From: an uncultured candidatus Porisulfidus sp.
GTDB taxonomy: Bacteria; Pseudomonadota; Gammaproteobacteria; Poriferisulfidales; Oxydemutatoraceae
NCBI GenBank assembly: GCA_965215125.1
Contig: OZ244052.1
Coordinates: 64,001-128,000 of the forward strand
Length of the DNA stretch: 64,000 nucleotides
Direction of reading: 5' to 3'
This document shows positions 38,084-51,400 of this stretch, one piece after another. The translations under genes and the position numbers were made by a program. A model generated the notes under the pieces. That model saw only the letters and a program-made list of their open reading frames with translations, was not told where the DNA came from and did no database searches. Positions within the stretch are counted from its first letter, which is position 1. Every line of letters starts with the position of its first letter.

Positions 38084-38614
38084 TTAGAAGCCTTTGAAAG
38101 GATGTTCTGCACTGTCTTTTTGAGCAGTTGCTTCGGCTGCCGTCGGCTTGCCGCTGATGGCATTTTCTATTGCCATTTTAACTGCCTTATGGTTGTTTTC
38201 ATAAATCGCCTGATCGCTTTCAGCCTGCCAGTGAATGAAAACACCTACACAGATATAGATATCGTCGGCTTCGTCTTGAGGGATAACTCCATCGGCAACA
38301 CAATCCTGAACAGCTTTGGCTACCGCCGCTTGTGCGGGTCCGAACATCTGCACGGCTTGCTTTTGACCTTTAATCGTAACCTTGTTGAACATCATCGTAT
38401 TAGGCTTACAAGGCAGATTGGGTGCAATTACCGCTAACAAAGAAGTGAAACCATCTTTATTATTAACCAAACCGTTGCAGAAGGCTGTTTCGACAGCCGA
38501 ACCGCGCGGTCCCATAATTAAGTCTATATGGGCGATTTCAGCCATTGTCCCGGACGGGTCGTTGTCGTTGACTAGGGCTTCGCCTACCATTACTTTACTA
38601 ATTTGCATTGACAT
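38084..38614 (-). CDS. fae: Formaldehyde-activating enzyme
   Basis: [46 protein letters not shown]. Confidence 0.96.
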   Translation of the reverse strand: MSMQISKVMVGEALVNDNDPSGTMAEIAHIDLIMGPRGSAVETAFCNGLVNNKDGFTSLLAVIAPNLPCKPNTMMFNKVTIKGQKQAVQMFGPAQAAVAKAVQDCVADGVIPQDEADDIYICVGVFIHWQAESDQAIYENNHKAVKMAIENAISGKPTAAEATAQKDSAEHPFKGF

Positions 38615-38638
38615 TTCTCCTTATCAATTTAGGGTGTA

Positions 38639-39478
38639 TTACTCCAGACTAGTTAGAAAAACAGTTGCAACGGTCATATCGGCCGTAGTTCCCGGATTGA
38701 TATTGTTTTCCTTCAGTTTGCGATCAAACTCAAGCAATTTAGTATCAAAAGCTCCGGGTTCATCCCTGCGACAGTATTTTTCATACAATGCAGAGGCAAG
38801 CCTACGCACATAGAGTGCAGTTGCTTTCCCCCGCTTGCGTGTAATTAAACTATCTGGATACGTAGCGAGCAGTTTCATATAGACACCGCTCACAGCCGAA
38901 GGATTATAGCCCCATTTGGAATAAAATGCAAGCAGTGTCGGACATGCCTGCTCAAAGATATCGCGATAATCCGTAGCGTATTGGGCAGCGATTAGATCCC
39001 TTCGTTGCGCTAAACGCATTGCCTCCAGTAAGGAAATATCGGGATTCGTAGCAATATCGGCTTGTTCTACATACCCTAAGCCGCCGGCTCCGGAAATGCG
39101 GATCGCGTGATACGCAGAACGCGCATCCTCTACCGTAGTACTAGCCAATACCTGCTTCAGAGATTGTCTTAACGATTTTCCGTTGTCGAAATAAATCGCT
39201 TGTATCAGTGGCGCACACAATAAAACGATACCTAGATTGGTATTCATTGATACCGCTTTTCGGGTATCCTCAATTGCACACAGAATACGCTCACCCAGAC
39301 TGCACTGCGGCGCACAAATTGCAGTCGCACAAGCCTGTGCGCTTTTTATAAAGTCCTCGCTATGCATTTGGTGTCCGGCGGAATGAATACCGACATTGCC
39401 GGGCTTGATCGCTTCTACATCGGCACGACAAGCGGATAAGAAGCACTTTTCCAGTTTTTCGGTCTGTTCAACCGTCAC
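38639..39478 (-). CDS. CitG-like protein of the H4MPT cluster (Orf7)
   Basis: KPGNV, NTNLGIVLL, NPGTTAD. Confidence 0.9.
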   Translation of the reverse strand: MTVEQTEKLEKCFLSACRADVEAIKPGNVGIHSAGHQMHSEDFIKSAQACATAICAPQCSLGERILCAIEDTRKAVSMNTNLGIVLLCAPLIQAIYFDNGKSLRQSLKQVLASTTVEDARSAYHAIRISGAGGLGYVEQADIATNPDISLLEAMRLAQRRDLIAAQYATDYRDIFEQACPTLLAFYSKWGYNPSAVSGVYMKLLATYPDSLITRKRGKATALYVRRLASALYEKYCRRDEPGAFDTKLLEFDRKLKENNINPGTTADMTVATVFLTSLE

Positions 39479-40358
39479 GACAATAGCGGGTTGCCATAAA
39501 ATGATCTACCATATATTCGGCAATATTAACCGAGCTCACACCTTGCAAAGATTTCCAAGCAGGAATACTATTTATTTCAATAACTTGTATGATATTATTG
39601 ATATCACTTATTAAGTCTACACCGCCATAAAATAGCCCTACTGCACGCACCGCTTGAATCGCAAGTGCAGCGGCTTCATCGTCAATAACCGCATAACGAC
39701 ATTCGGCACCTTGTGCGGCATTGTTGACCCAATCGCACCCTTGTCTTTGCATTGCAGAGACAACTTGATCCCCGACTATGAAAACTCGCCAATCATACGG
39801 TTTATTACTTTCCACGAATTGTTGTAAATAATATACTCGAGGTTGTGTATCGTCGGGTTCGGGCAGCTCCGAAACACTATTTATAAGCTGTAAATCCTTG
39901 CCTTGAGAGCCGAAAAGCGGTTTTAGAACTGCAGCTTGGTTTTTATCGGCAAGCCTCTGAACTATCGCACAGGCTTTTTTATAATCTACGGTCACCCACG
40001 TCGGAGGTGTCGCTATACCGGCATTTTTCAATAAAAAACTGGTCATCGCCTTATCGACGCTACGTTCTATCATTTGCGCATCGTTATATACATGGACACC
40101 GAGCCTTGCCAAGCTATGTAATATATCCAAATGAAAAACTACGCTTTCCAAAGAACCTGCCGGCACGCCACGAACAAAAACACCGCCGGGCAGATAATCT
40201 TCAAAGCCGGGTAGTTGTACATTGATTTCACTTTGCGTGAAAATCGTACAGTCGTTTAATGCAACAATCTTGACCTCGCACCGGTGTGCAGCAAATGCTT
40301 CCTGTAGCTGTTCGCAATGCCAACCGGAAGCATTACTGATCAAGGCCATTTCGGTCAT
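39468..40358 (-). CDS. RimK-family ATP-grasp ligase of the H4MPT cluster (Orf5)
   Basis: SVDKAMTS, KPLFGSQG, NNAAQGA, EINSIPAW. Confidence 0.9.
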   Translation of the reverse strand: MTEMALISNASGWHCEQLQEAFAAHRCEVKIVALNDCTIFTQSEINVQLPGFEDYLPGGVFVRGVPAGSLESVVFHLDILHSLARLGVHVYNDAQMIERSVDKAMTSFLLKNAGIATPPTWVTVDYKKACAIVQRLADKNQAAVLKPLFGSQGKDLQLINSVSELPEPDDTQPRVYYLQQFVESNKPYDWRVFIVGDQVVSAMQRQGCDWVNNAAQGAECRYAVIDDEAAALAIQAVRAVGLFYGGVDLISDINNIIQVIEINSIPAWKSLQGVSSVNIAEYMVDHFMATRYCRDG

Positions 40359-40366
40359 TTTTCAAT

Positions 40367-41335
40367 TTAGCTAAAAGAGCTTTCAAGTAAATCGAGTGCG
40401 ATAACGCCGGCATGAAAAGTTTTGCCGCTCGGCAAATGGCTAATTGCGATCTGTGCAGGGCTGAACAGCATGGGATCTATCTTGAAAAAATCGTATTTGT
40501 AATCTTTGAATACTTCGGCAAAAGGTCTGCCGTAGTCATGCGAAGTGTTGCTCGGTAGCTTTTGCGCCAGGGATTGTGCAGCATCCATCTCCCCGTTGAC
40601 GAATAGGTGTACGCGTCCGGCAAATAATATCGCATCGTTAGTTCGCCCCATACCGGTGATAAAATCTTCGGCAGGCGGCGGGAAAGGTGCGCTTCCACAT
40701 CCATCTACAATATTGCCCAATTCAAACCCTAACTCATGTACCTTATGCAAAGCGACTTCCAAAACCCTTGCCACAACTTGCATAGAACCTGCCAAACTGC
40801 ATGTCGGTGTCAAAATGACCGTTAAGTTGCGCGCTTCTATGCCGCATTGTGAAGCAATTTTATCTAGCAGAGGCAACGGTGGATATTCGGCTACCTCCAG
40901 CACGATAACGCCGTACTCCGATTGATCTCGGTAGGCAAGCTCGTTAAACAGGTCCTCACGACACGCTAAGGCACGTGCCGGCCCCGATCCCAACGCCTGA
41001 AATTTTTTATCATTCTCTTCGTGCGCTAAACTCCAACCTGCATACTGCGATGCCAGACACGCCAAAACCGGATTGACCGTGCTTACATGCACGCTCAGTG
41101 GCCAATTCGCGGCAATTCCGTCGTGCGTGAGCGAGACGCGTCCGAGTCCACCCAAGCAAATCTCTGCAATCAACCGACCTGCCTCTAGGCTTCCGTGCGA
41201 CTTAATGCCGGCATCGATAATACGGGTTTGGTTTTTCGCCTCCGAGACCGACACGGCAAGCCTGTCGGCGTGCGCACAAAGTTGCTTCACCAAAGGCTGT
41301 GCGAGTTTATTAATGCCAATGTTTAAGTGCTTCAT
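40367..41335 (-). CDS. mch: Methenyltetrahydromethanopterin cyclohydrolase
   Basis: [51 protein letters not shown]. Confidence 0.96.
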   Translation of the reverse strand: MKHLNIGINKLAQPLVKQLCAHADRLAVSVSEAKNQTRIIDAGIKSHGSLEAGRLIAEICLGGLGRVSLTHDGIAANWPLSVHVSTVNPVLACLASQYAGWSLAHEENDKKFQALGSGPARALACREDLFNELAYRDQSEYGVIVLEVAEYPPLPLLDKIASQCGIEARNLTVILTPTCSLAGSMQVVARVLEVALHKVHELGFELGNIVDGCGSAPFPPPAEDFITGMGRTNDAILFAGRVHLFVNGEMDAAQSLAQKLPSNTSHDYGRPFAEVFKDYKYDFFKIDPMLFSPAQIAISHLPSGKTFHAGVIALDLLESSFS

Positions 41336-41346
41336 AATATTGCGCC

Positions 41347-42477
41347 CTATTTGTTATAGAATTGGTTTGTCTTTGATATTTGTGCAATTCGTTTTTGCAA
41401 ATCACGAATTCGGTTTTGTAGACGAGTGAGTGCACTACCGATGTCATTGGCCTTTACATGCAAAGTACAAACCGGTGCATTCTTTTCAAAATAATAACCT
41501 GCAGGATTTTCCACCGGAATATCTCTGGCTTCTATCGGCCATTCAAAATCATTCGGTAATCGTATCGCTTCATCCGTATAAATAATAGCAAAAGTCCTGC
41601 ACGCCGAAGCGACTTTTGAATGCCTCGGCAAACCCTCGCCTTCGCATGCTTTGATATGTGCGTGCAATAGACCGTCGGCATAATCTTCGTCGTACAGTGT
41701 CATCGTCGCACCGGGTCTCGGGTTTAGCTCTAAAAAGTAGAGTCCGGTTCCGTCGTACAAATAATCGATATTATTCAAACCGATTAGATCGGATTTCTCG
41801 GCAATCGCCTCCGCTTGTGTGGTACACGATTGATCCAAAGAATGTGTGCCGATTGCGCCGCCGTAACAGAAAGGATGCCGCGGATCGTGCTTGGAATGCC
41901 ACTGCACACTGAAGCCTACCGTTTCAATTTGATTACCGTCGGCTAAGAATAGATGAGAAATACTCGTCAACGGTAGATAACTTTGGCGGTAATAGTCTTG
42001 CTTTATATCTCGGTAATCGTCGTCTCTATAGATGTGCACTCCGCCGCTACCGATTACCGATTTGTATAGATACGGTGGCATATTATCGGGCATCGACATC
42101 ATTTGATCCGGTAATCGCTCGAGCGTTTTGTTTTCGCTATATCGTCGATATTCGTATTGATTACCGTGTCGTTGCATACCGCTTTGCCGCATCACCTCGA
42201 GCGAGGTTTTGCAACCTTCAATACCCGAACCGACGACTAGAGTTTTGAGAGTCTCGGCATATTGTTTGCCGGTCTGCATAATCGCTTCGGCGAGTGCATC
42301 ATCGTCCAAACCGCCTTCTCTGCGTAGTGCGACGCGTGTCGCAGAAACCGCATGCTGCCTCACTTCACGATCACAGAAACCGTCTATTACCACGGCACTA
42401 TAGCCACCGCGTATAGCCGATTCAATCAGTATTCGAGCGTTCGTTGCTATCAGTAATAGCTCGGGGTCTTTTTTCAT
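41347..42477 (-). CDS. ATP-grasp protein of the H4MPT cluster (OrfY-like)
   Basis: [30 protein letters not shown]; position before mch. Confidence 0.82.
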   Translation of the reverse strand: MKKDPELLLIATNARILIESAIRGGYSAVVIDGFCDREVRQHAVSATRVALRREGGLDDDALAEAIMQTGKQYAETLKTLVVGSGIEGCKTSLEVMRQSGMQRHGNQYEYRRYSENKTLERLPDQMMSMPDNMPPYLYKSVIGSGGVHIYRDDDYRDIKQDYYRQSYLPLTSISHLFLADGNQIETVGFSVQWHSKHDPRHPFCYGGAIGTHSLDQSCTTQAEAIAEKSDLIGLNNIDYLYDGTGLYFLELNPRPGATMTLYDEDYADGLLHAHIKACEGEGLPRHSKVASACRTFAIIYTDEAIRLPNDFEWPIEARDIPVENPAGYYFEKNAPVCTLHVKANDIGSALTRLQNRIRDLQKRIAQISKTNQFYNK

Positions 42478-42517
42478 CGATATGTAGTCGGGGCAATTTG
42501 TATGCGTGCGATATAGC

Positions 42518-43633
42518 CTAGACGGGCAATGTACCTCTACTTATATCGAATAAATCGAGTTGCGCCGAGTCTTTCGCCGGGGGTTGAAACTGTGAGCAGT
42601 CCAATTCAACACGAGAACTAAAACCGATACGGCGATACGCTATCTTAAAACGTTGAGCGAGCATATCGGCATACCATCCCTTCCCTTTCATGCGCGACTT
42701 GAAGGACGATTGGTATAGTTTGCCGTCATGGCAATCTTTTAGGCGGTTCAGTATACGTTGTGCGCGCTCGGGATAGTGTTGTTCCAGCCATTCCTTGAAT
42801 AGGGTTTTTAGTTCGTGCGGTAAGCGTAGCAGGATATAGCCTGCGTATATGGCACCTGCGTTGCGGGCTGATTCGAGTATGTGTTCCATTTCGTGATCGT
42901 TTAGAAACGGTATCATCGGTGCAGCAATCACCCCGGTAGGAATACCTGCCGTCGACAATGCTTCTATGGTTTTCAACCGCTCGTCGGGTATAGAAGTACG
43001 CGGTTCCATGCGCCGCGACAACGTGCGATCCAAGGTCGTAACCGAGACCCATACATCAACCAACCCTAAGTGTGACATTTCCGACAATAAATCTAGGTCG
43101 CGCCGTATCAATGTAGATTTGGTGATTAACGAAACCGGATGGCGGCTTCGGTGTAACACCTCCAGTATACCTCGGCTTAATTCGAGTTTGCGCTCGGCCG
43201 GCTGATAGGCGTCGGTATTAGCTCCCAATACGACGGGACGGCATCTATAACTTTTCTTGGATAGCTCGTGTTCTAGCACGGCAACTGCATCGGGTTTATA
43301 GAATATCTGTGTCTCAAAATCCAAACCCGCGGATAAATCCATATAACTATGGGTGGGGCGCGCAAAACAATAGATACATCCGTGCTCACAACCGCGGTAC
43401 GGATTAATCGTGCGGTCGGAGCTAATATCGGGGGAAGTATTATAGTTAATCAAACTACGGATGGGTGTAGCGTGCAGTATGGTTTGCGGTTTGCTTTCGT
43501 CTTCTGCATGCGCGCACCAGTCGTCTGCTACCGCTTCGCTATGTGTTTCGGAAAAACGAGAGCAATGCCGACTCAATGCCCCTCGCCCGCGTCGATAATG
43601 AATACGAGCGGAATGTTGTTTTATATCTCCCAT
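42518..43633 (-). CDS. PA0069 family radical SAM protein
   Basis: INPYRGCEHGCIYCFARPTH, NTDAYQP.E, LLRLPHE. Confidence 0.93.
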   Translation of the reverse strand: MGDIKQHSARIHYRRGRGALSRHCSRFSETHSEAVADDWCAHAEDESKPQTILHATPIRSLINYNTSPDISSDRTINPYRGCEHGCIYCFARPTHSYMDLSAGLDFETQIFYKPDAVAVLEHELSKKSYRCRPVVLGANTDAYQPAERKLELSRGILEVLHRSRHPVSLITKSTLIRRDLDLLSEMSHLGLVDVWVSVTTLDRTLSRRMEPRTSIPDERLKTIEALSTAGIPTGVIAAPMIPFLNDHEMEHILESARNAGAIYAGYILLRLPHELKTLFKEWLEQHYPERAQRILNRLKDCHDGKLYQSSFKSRMKGKGWYADMLAQRFKIAYRRIGFSSRVELDCSQFQPPAKDSAQLDLFDISRGTLPV

Positions 43634-43723
43634 ATTGATTTAAGGTATCATGAAAGGTTCCGCCACAATCAATGCGACGAAACCTTCAATACCATGAATA
43701 GGATTATCTATAACATGATTCTC

Positions 43724-45073
43724 TTATTGATTGTATGTGAGCTTGGTTTCGCTATCCGAAGGTGCGGCACCGTATAAGGAATAAGCACCAAAGCGCATTT
43801 GATGCGCTCTACCTAGCTTTTCTGCATAGAAATCAATCATGAACTGCTGATCCAACTCGTCGCCGTCCCAAACGAAGGCTTTGAAGAATTGTTCATCGTC
43901 CTCTCCGGTTTTATCCCACATTCCTAGTAAAGATGATGTGAAATAGGCACGCTTGCCGTCCCAACTTTGCGAAATCATATTAACTTGCGAACCGATGACA
44001 TGCTCATAGACTTGCTTGGGATTGAACGGATCGGTAATGTCAAAATACCGAGTCTTACCGTCCATAAAAGTCTGCACCCAAAGACCGCTGTCGTCCGAAG
44101 TGATAGAAATGTCTACCGGTAGAGGCACATCTGCCGGATTACCGATATCGGCAACCGCTTCGGCATTCCATTCACCACTCTCTACATCTTCGTAGATCAA
44201 CCAAATTTTAGAAGTCAGTGCGGTGGTCGTAAAGCAATAATTATGGTTCGGTTGCCAAGCACAGCGTATTTCCAGCGGTGCCCCGGGAACATCAAATACT
44301 TTTCTAGGCTTACGGCTATGCATATCCCACAACACCATCGTGTTGCCGAAACGCTTCATCGCTTCCGGATCCTTGAGCATTTTGCCGAAGTCCATCATAT
44401 AGTTAGACCAGCCGGTAAAAGACGAAGTCAACATCATATTGCGGCGAGGCAAAACGCGTAGATCGTAACCGTAGCCGTCGGCAAATTGGCCGGTCTTCTT
44501 CGCACCGCGCAAATCACTATCGGTAGGCTTCCAGTGCGTTGCAATATACTCGCCTTCGTTGGTGTATTCCGCCAAGCCGGTACGTCCGCCGTGATCTTTA
44601 TTATTGGATAAAGCGGTAATCATCATCCGTCCCGGCAATGCATAGAAAGTATGCGGTCCGACCAAACCGCCTGTTTTAGTAACGAAATTGCTAATGACTT
44701 TATGTAACCGCGGTTGGCGCGGGTTGCTATGTACATCAAAGATGAAAATCTTGTTGCTGTCCAGTCCACCGGCCCACAAATAACGTCGGTCGTCGCTCAA
44801 ACCGGAATGGTGTGCTTCGTTGCGCCCACCCACCGATAAGGTATGAACGACTTTTCCATAAGTATCGGAAGAGGGGTTGACATCTACGGTGACGAGCTTG
44901 TCTTGTTCGTCTCCTAAACCTTCAACGCCCAAAGTCCAAACATAGACATAGTCTTCCTGCCCGACTATCTTCGCCATATACGGCGACATACAGGTCTCGT
45001 CCGCTTGAGAGGCGGATACTAATCCTACAATCAAAAATAGCGCGGGAAACAATTTACTAATTATTTTAGACAT
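43724..45073 (-). CDS. mtoX: Methanethiol oxidase (SBP56 family, periplasmic)
   Basis: Signal peptide, DETC.SP, EAHH, GPHTFYALPGRM, SSFTGW.NYMMD, PLPVDISIT, WDK, LGRAH; closely resembles Hyphomicrobium MtoX as recalled. Confidence 0.88.
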   Translation of the reverse strand: MSKIISKLFPALFLIVGLVSASQADETCMSPYMAKIVGQEDYVYVWTLGVEGLGDEQDKLVTVDVNPSSDTYGKVVHTLSVGGRNEAHHSGLSDDRRYLWAGGLDSNKIFIFDVHSNPRQPRLHKVISNFVTKTGGLVGPHTFYALPGRMMITALSNNKDHGGRTGLAEYTNEGEYIATHWKPTDSDLRGAKKTGQFADGYGYDLRVLPRRNMMLTSSFTGWSNYMMDFGKMLKDPEAMKRFGNTMVLWDMHSRKPRKVFDVPGAPLEIRCAWQPNHNYCFTTTALTSKIWLIYEDVESGEWNAEAVADIGNPADVPLPVDISITSDDSGLWVQTFMDGKTRYFDITDPFNPKQVYEHVIGSQVNMISQSWDGKRAYFTSSLLGMWDKTGEDDEQFFKAFVWDGDELDQQFMIDFYAEKLGRAHQMRFGAYSLYGAAPSDSETKLTYNQ

Positions 45074-45210
45074 AATATTCTCCTATTAGTTAGATAGCAT
45101 TGATTACTGCAATAAGCTGTCGCTTTTGCTGTAAAGATAAAATTAAAGGCTATAATAACATAGATTAACAGAATTCTGCACGCATTGGAGTGGCAATATT
45201 ATCACCGGTG

Positions 45211-45395
45211 GATCACCTCGTCAGGCTCAATCGGCGGATATCGCATTTCGTAATGTATGCGTTACCAACCCGTTAAAACTCTGCACAATGTAACGCCGAT
45301 TGATTTTGATATATGTAATATTTCTAATCAACACAATATTTAGATTTTGCACAACGTGATGCCGATTGAACTACCGGCTCAATCGGCGGTTCCAT
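45211..45395. repeat. Degenerate element A left half plus two element B copies
   Basis: TCACCTCGTCAGGCT, GCATTTCGTAATGTATGCGTT, CTGCACAATGTAACGCCGATTG and GCCGATTGAACTACCGGCTCAATCGGCGGTTC. Confidence 0.65.
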
Positions 45396-45404
45396 TCGGC
45401 GATT

Positions 45405-48400
45405 CTACTGCAGAGGACCTTCCAAAAAGACTTTTGCTCTGATTAAAATAGCTCTGATGATGCGTGCGAGCGCGCTGCGTCTAGAATCCAGTTCTTCTTC
45501 CGCTTCGTCTATTTCCTCCGTCGCATTCTCGGGATTGGCATCGACCGGATCGTTATTCGCCAAGTCTCGCAAGCTCGTACCCGCACGACCCAGAGTGAAA
45601 CCAACCGTCGGATTGCTATCGTTTCGGGAAATCCGCACATCGGTATGATCGATCTCAAAGCCGCCATCGGTTATCGTATCTGTCGCCGTACTGTTCGGAA
45701 ACATCACCGAACCGTCTTCGAGTATTTGTAGTAAGGTATACGAATTTATATCATTGAGGCCTCGCACCTGTTCACCGTTGGCTACCGTTACCAGAAACTG
45801 CATATTATAGATATTACTATCCTTAGCGGTTTCGGTAGCTTTACGCCCTTTAGCGTTTACCGCAATCCTCGGTGGTTCGGTATCTCGGCGTGCTATCGCC
45901 GTGACGGTTGTGTCTATTTCTACGCCTAAGGCTATAGGTTCACCTTGTCTATCAGTAGTTGGATTGCCGTAAATATCCACCAATCCGGCATTGCGAGCCA
46001 GAGTAAACCCTGCAGTACGCTGAGTTTGATTTTCTACATCGTTAAATCTAACTCTATAGTTAAGCATCGCCTCGGTAGCCGAGGAATTAGAAGTGATGCT
46101 TTTGTTACGAATGAAAGTCGTTAAGTCCAATGCGTTACCGGCGGTCGGTTTATGGATCAACTTATACGAATCCAGTATTCCCAACCCGGTTATTGCTTCA
46201 TCGGATTCGGATTCCACTCTGAAGTTCATAGTATACTCATTGCCGTCCAATAAGTTCGGTTCGGCTATCCCCACCGCACTGACGATGAGTCTTGCAAACG
46301 TTCGCGGTATTACGGTTTTTGCCCTATCGTTGGGATCCAGCGGTTCGCCTATCATCACCATTCCGGTAGTGCCGACCACAACCGGTGCATTGGCAAAATA
46401 ATCGCATAATCTGCATCGATCTTCGTATTGGTCGGCGTTTAAGTCGTTGGGTGCACGACCCAGTGTAAAATTCTTTGTTTGCGCAATCTCTTCGGGACTT
46501 AGATATACTCCGTTATACGAAAGCATTGCGTTGATAGTCCCCGAACGATAGGATCGCGTGCCGTAATTTCTTACAACTTCAAATTCATCCGTCATAGTTT
46601 GACGCAGTAATTGGTAGGATCTGAGGTTATTGTGCAGCGGCACGTCAACCGACTCCCCGTCTACTATTTTTTTGTAGTCTAGATCGAATCCCAATCGGTA
46701 ATAACCGCCCGGCAACGCATTCCGACCTCCGTCGACGGGGATAACTTCCTGCGCCCTCACTTCAACGAACGGTGGATTTGTATCCCTCACCGCCAACGCG
46801 GAATCTCTGTCGTCAAAGGGTTGGTTGATCGTTAAACTTTGCGTGCTACCGAAAGGCACGGCGTCGTTATTCGCTAAATCGCGTATCGCAGACGCACCGC
46901 CGTAAGCCAATGTGAAACCCGAAGTCTCCTGCGCCTCGTCTTGACTTAAATGAAACGGTACCACATTGATAGAACGCATATTATTTAATTGTCTCGTGGT
47001 TGTTACTCCGATCCGAGGCTCTGCTACGGGTATATAGTTGCCGTTTTTGAGCTTGCGCAATATCGTATAGTTCCTGCTACTATTCCATCCCGGCCTGAGC
47101 GTTTCCAAAGGCAACGTGCTTGCTGCGAAAGATAGTACGAAACCGTCGATATTTGCACCGTTTACGGTTACCGCAACTTCTATTTCCGGCGGTGTCGTAT
47201 CCCGCATCGCTATGGCTGCAGTGCTCGGATCTATACGCGCATCGTCGGCTATAAGATTGCCCAATCTGTCCAACGGTTTGATCGTGGCTATTTGCAGTTT
47301 ATCGGCAGCGCGCCCCAAAGCAAAGCCTGCGGTGGCTCGGGTTATGGCGAGTGCCGTTGTGCCGATATCTTCGCCGAATGTCACCGTGTATTTAACTTTA
47401 GCTTCGGTATTACCCGAGGAAATCATCTCCACGGTATTTGATTCTATATACGGAGATAAGTCGTCTACGGCATCGGCATCGGGTGTCGGTATATGGAGCA
47501 ATACATAAGAACTTGTGCTACCGATGTCCGCTATCGCCTCGCCGGTCTCCGACCGCACTCTGAAAACCATGCTGTATTTGTTACCGTTATCAAGATCCGG
47601 GTATGCTCTGATGTTATCCGCTACGAGATTGTCTCTGACAAGCGGGTTTTGCGTATCGACTATCGCTTCGACGTTGATTTGTAGCGGTCTGTCTATCTTT
47701 GCTATCGCATCACTGCTTGCATCCAATCTATCCTCGCGAGCCCTATCGACAATCGGAGGAATATCTCCTTTCTCCAAGTTAGCACGACGCCCGAGTGTAA
47801 AACCTATAGTCTTAATTAACTGTGCCGTGCTCAGCGAGGTGTTAAAACTCACGCTTGCTAGAGCAACTTCCCCTTCGGCGAGTACCAATCCCGATGTATT
47901 CACACTGATAGATGCCGTTATCGTCGTGTGCGTGCCTTCATCGTCGATATGCAGTAGTTTATAAGAATCCGGCTGATCAAAGCCACCGACCATTTCGTCG
48001 CTCGAAACTCTAAAACTTCCTCCGTATTTAAGCCGATTATCCGAGAAAGGAACGGCTTTACCGTTTGCTCTCACCCTGATAATCGGATTTGGGGTATCGG
48101 TAGTCGGTACCGAGGCTTCTGCGTCTAAGCGTGAGTCTATGCGTTCGTTAATCTCAACCGTGCTATCGTCGGCAGGATCAACCAAAGGACTGCCCACCAA
48201 GTCGGTCAACCTTGCCTTACGACCTAAAGCAAAACTATGTTTGCTGGTGGTATCGGGATCGCTAACGGCGAAATATATCGTCGCACTTTGCAGATTGTTG
48301 AAGTTCGCACTACTAATATCGATACTTGCATCGTTTAATACGACAACCGGCGTACTCGGCATTGCAGTATCGGTTCTTTGCGGCACTCGCAATAGCACAT

Positions 48401-51400
48401 ACGACTCGGCATCCGTTATACCGTCTATACTTCTATTTCCCGACAAGCCGAAAGTGCCGCTATAATTCGTTCCCTTTTTAGTCAGGAAATTAAAATCTCG
48501 GTCGTAGGTCACAGCGATAGATGGATTGCCGACTCTTCGTATCGCAAGGTGCGCAGTAGTGCTTTCATCCAAAGGAGACGGCGGGTCAACCGTGACCGAC
48601 GCACCACCTACCGATACCACCGGATCATTGCCCGATTTATCGCGCAACCGTCCTGCTACGGCAAGACCTAGGGTAAAGGATTCGGTTTCGCTTATTTCTT
48701 CTATGGTCAAAGGCAATACATCGTTATAAATCAACTCTATATCACCACTCGGTGATATCACTTGCGACGGCACCGCCGAAACCGGGCGGTAGCTACTGTC
48801 GGTATTTAATTTGCGTAGCAGTCTGTAAGTACTCAGTGCCCTGAGTTCCGAGCCTACGGCATCCGACACATCGGATGATGCGGTTAGCCGAAATCTCATC
48901 GTATAACGATTCGGTTGGATGCCGACGAACTCGTCTATCGGTGTTACCCTAATGCGCGGCGGTTCTATATCCCTACGCACTATTGCCATCGCCGTGGTAT
49001 CCAAAGGATCCCCACCGAGTATCATCGTGCCGTCTCTATTAACCGGCAAGTTGCCGAAAGAATCGCATAAAACACAATTATTCTCGGTACTTGCACGGGC
49101 GCGGCCTAAGATAAAGCCGTAGGTACGCTGTGTTATCGCTATGCTACCGAGGTCAACTCTGAAAGTGATTCTAGACAAAGTCGTCGTAGCACTACCGCCG
49201 GACAACATTAAGGTTGCGGTCGTTTCCGTTGCCTCACCGATACCGTCGCTTCCGACGAGTGGTAGACGCAACAGGGTATAAGACCTCGCATCGCTTAAGC
49301 CTCTAACGGGGTTGCCGCTGCGTACTTCAAAACTTCCCGTATAGATATTGGTATTGCTTGAGTCGGGCACAGCCTCGTCGATTGCCGATACCGTAATCAG
49401 TTCGCCGGTTTTGTCTTCTATCTTCGCTTCTGCGGTCTCGGAGCGATCCAGCGGCATGCCTGCGGTTGCGGTTCGAGTCGTGCCGGCAACCACCGGAGCA
49501 TTGCTTGAATAATCGCATAACGGGCAATCGTTCACATCGTCGGGATTATTGGACGCACGGCTCAAAGTAAAACTCAAGGTCTGCTGTGCCTCGGGAACAC
49601 TCAATCCGACATTTTCGTATGTCATTCCGGCGCGATAATCCGAGAGGTGCTCTCCTCGGGCAACATAGGTGTCGGAAGTGACGATCTCATAATTCCCCTC
49701 CTCAATCTCACGCAATAATTGATACGACTCAGGGGAACTCAAGCCGTGTACACGCGTATTGATTTCTTGCATGTCATCATCCAATTTTTTAGAGGCAAGC
49801 TCAAAAACGATGTTATAACTTATGGTGTCTCGTTGTGCGCTACCGAGTGTGAGCGAGTTGGCATTCACTTCTATGAACGGCGGGTTCATATCTCTAATCA
49901 AAAACGCAGAGTCTCCGCTGTCAATAGGCCGATCCCGTTGCAAAGGATTTATGGTGCCGTCCTCATTTGCCTGAGATACATCGTTATTGGATAGGTCACG
50001 CAATGTAGATCTACCGTTATATCCCAATGTAAAGCCTTCGGTATCCAGAGCATCGTTTTCACTCAAACGGTAGCCGAAGATGGAGAAATGCCGCGAAAAA
50101 CCTATGTCACCGAATATAGTAATACTCCGACCATAGTCTGTCACTGCATCCCAGCTAGGCGTACTAAGTCTACGCAACAACACAAAGTCGTTCTCATCAT
50201 TCCATTGCGGTTGCAGATATTCTTCGGAGTCGGTTTGCAAGATAAAATTTATATCGATACCGCCGCTGCCTAAGCGACTACCGGCGACCGTCACCGCTAT
50301 TTTCGGTGGAGTCGTATCTCGTTTGGCTATCGCCGTATCGTTCGGGTTTATGCGGGCATCATCCGCTATTGCGATAGCGGCAACATTCAAAGGCAGTTCG
50401 GTCGGCGATCTCTGTAGTCTACCCGCCGCACGACCTAATACAAAACCGGCGGTGCGTTGGGTCAGAGCAACCGCGTCTTCATCGTCGGCGGAACCGAATT
50501 CTACCGTGTATCGGACTCTAGCTCGGGCTTGATCGGCAGAAACCATCTCCACGGTATTCGCGCTTATATATTCCGATAAGTTTATTTCGGTACCGGTCGT
50601 CGGTACGTGGAGCAATACATAAGAATCGGTGCTACCGATTTCCGGTATCGCTGCGCGGTTGAGTGAACGCACTTCAAAAATCATGTCATAGCGATTGCCG
50701 TTGACGGTATTATCGTCAAAATTAACTTCGGGGTAAGCCTTGGGTCCGTCGGATTGATTGAACGGAGGAAACTGCGCGAGTGCTTTGCTCGTATCGACAA
50801 TCGCATCGGCGGTGATCTGTAGAGAGCTATCCAGCACGGCGACTGCGGCTGCGGCTACATCCAGTCTATCGCTCCGATTTGTGTCTACCAACGGCGGCAT
50901 ACCGTCGGCTTCCAAGTTCGCACGACGACCGAGTGTAAAGCCGTAGGTCTGCCCTAGTCCGGTTGCGGTCAATGTAGTAGAAAAAACAACCGTTGCCATT
51001 CGCCTCGAAACATCGGCGGTCGTAGCGTCGTTCACGCGTATCATCGCCGTTGCCGTCGTTATCGTATGTACACCGTCTCTAGCAATCCGCAATAGGTTAT
51101 AAGAACCGGCGTGAGCTATGCCGCTTACATCTTTGTCGTTAATTACCGATACTTCAAAACTACCACCGTATACCAAAGGATTATTTGTGGGAGCCGCTTT
51201 GCCGTTTATTGCGACTACCGAAATTATAGGATTCGGGGTGTTGTCGGCAGGTATTCCGGCTTCTGCGGACACACGCGAATCTATACGGCTATTTGTCGTT
51301 ACCACCTCCCCCGTCATCGGGTCTACCAACGGATTACCCACCAAGTCGCTCAATCTATCTTTACGACCCAAGCTAAAACGATGTTTACTCGTCGCTTCGG

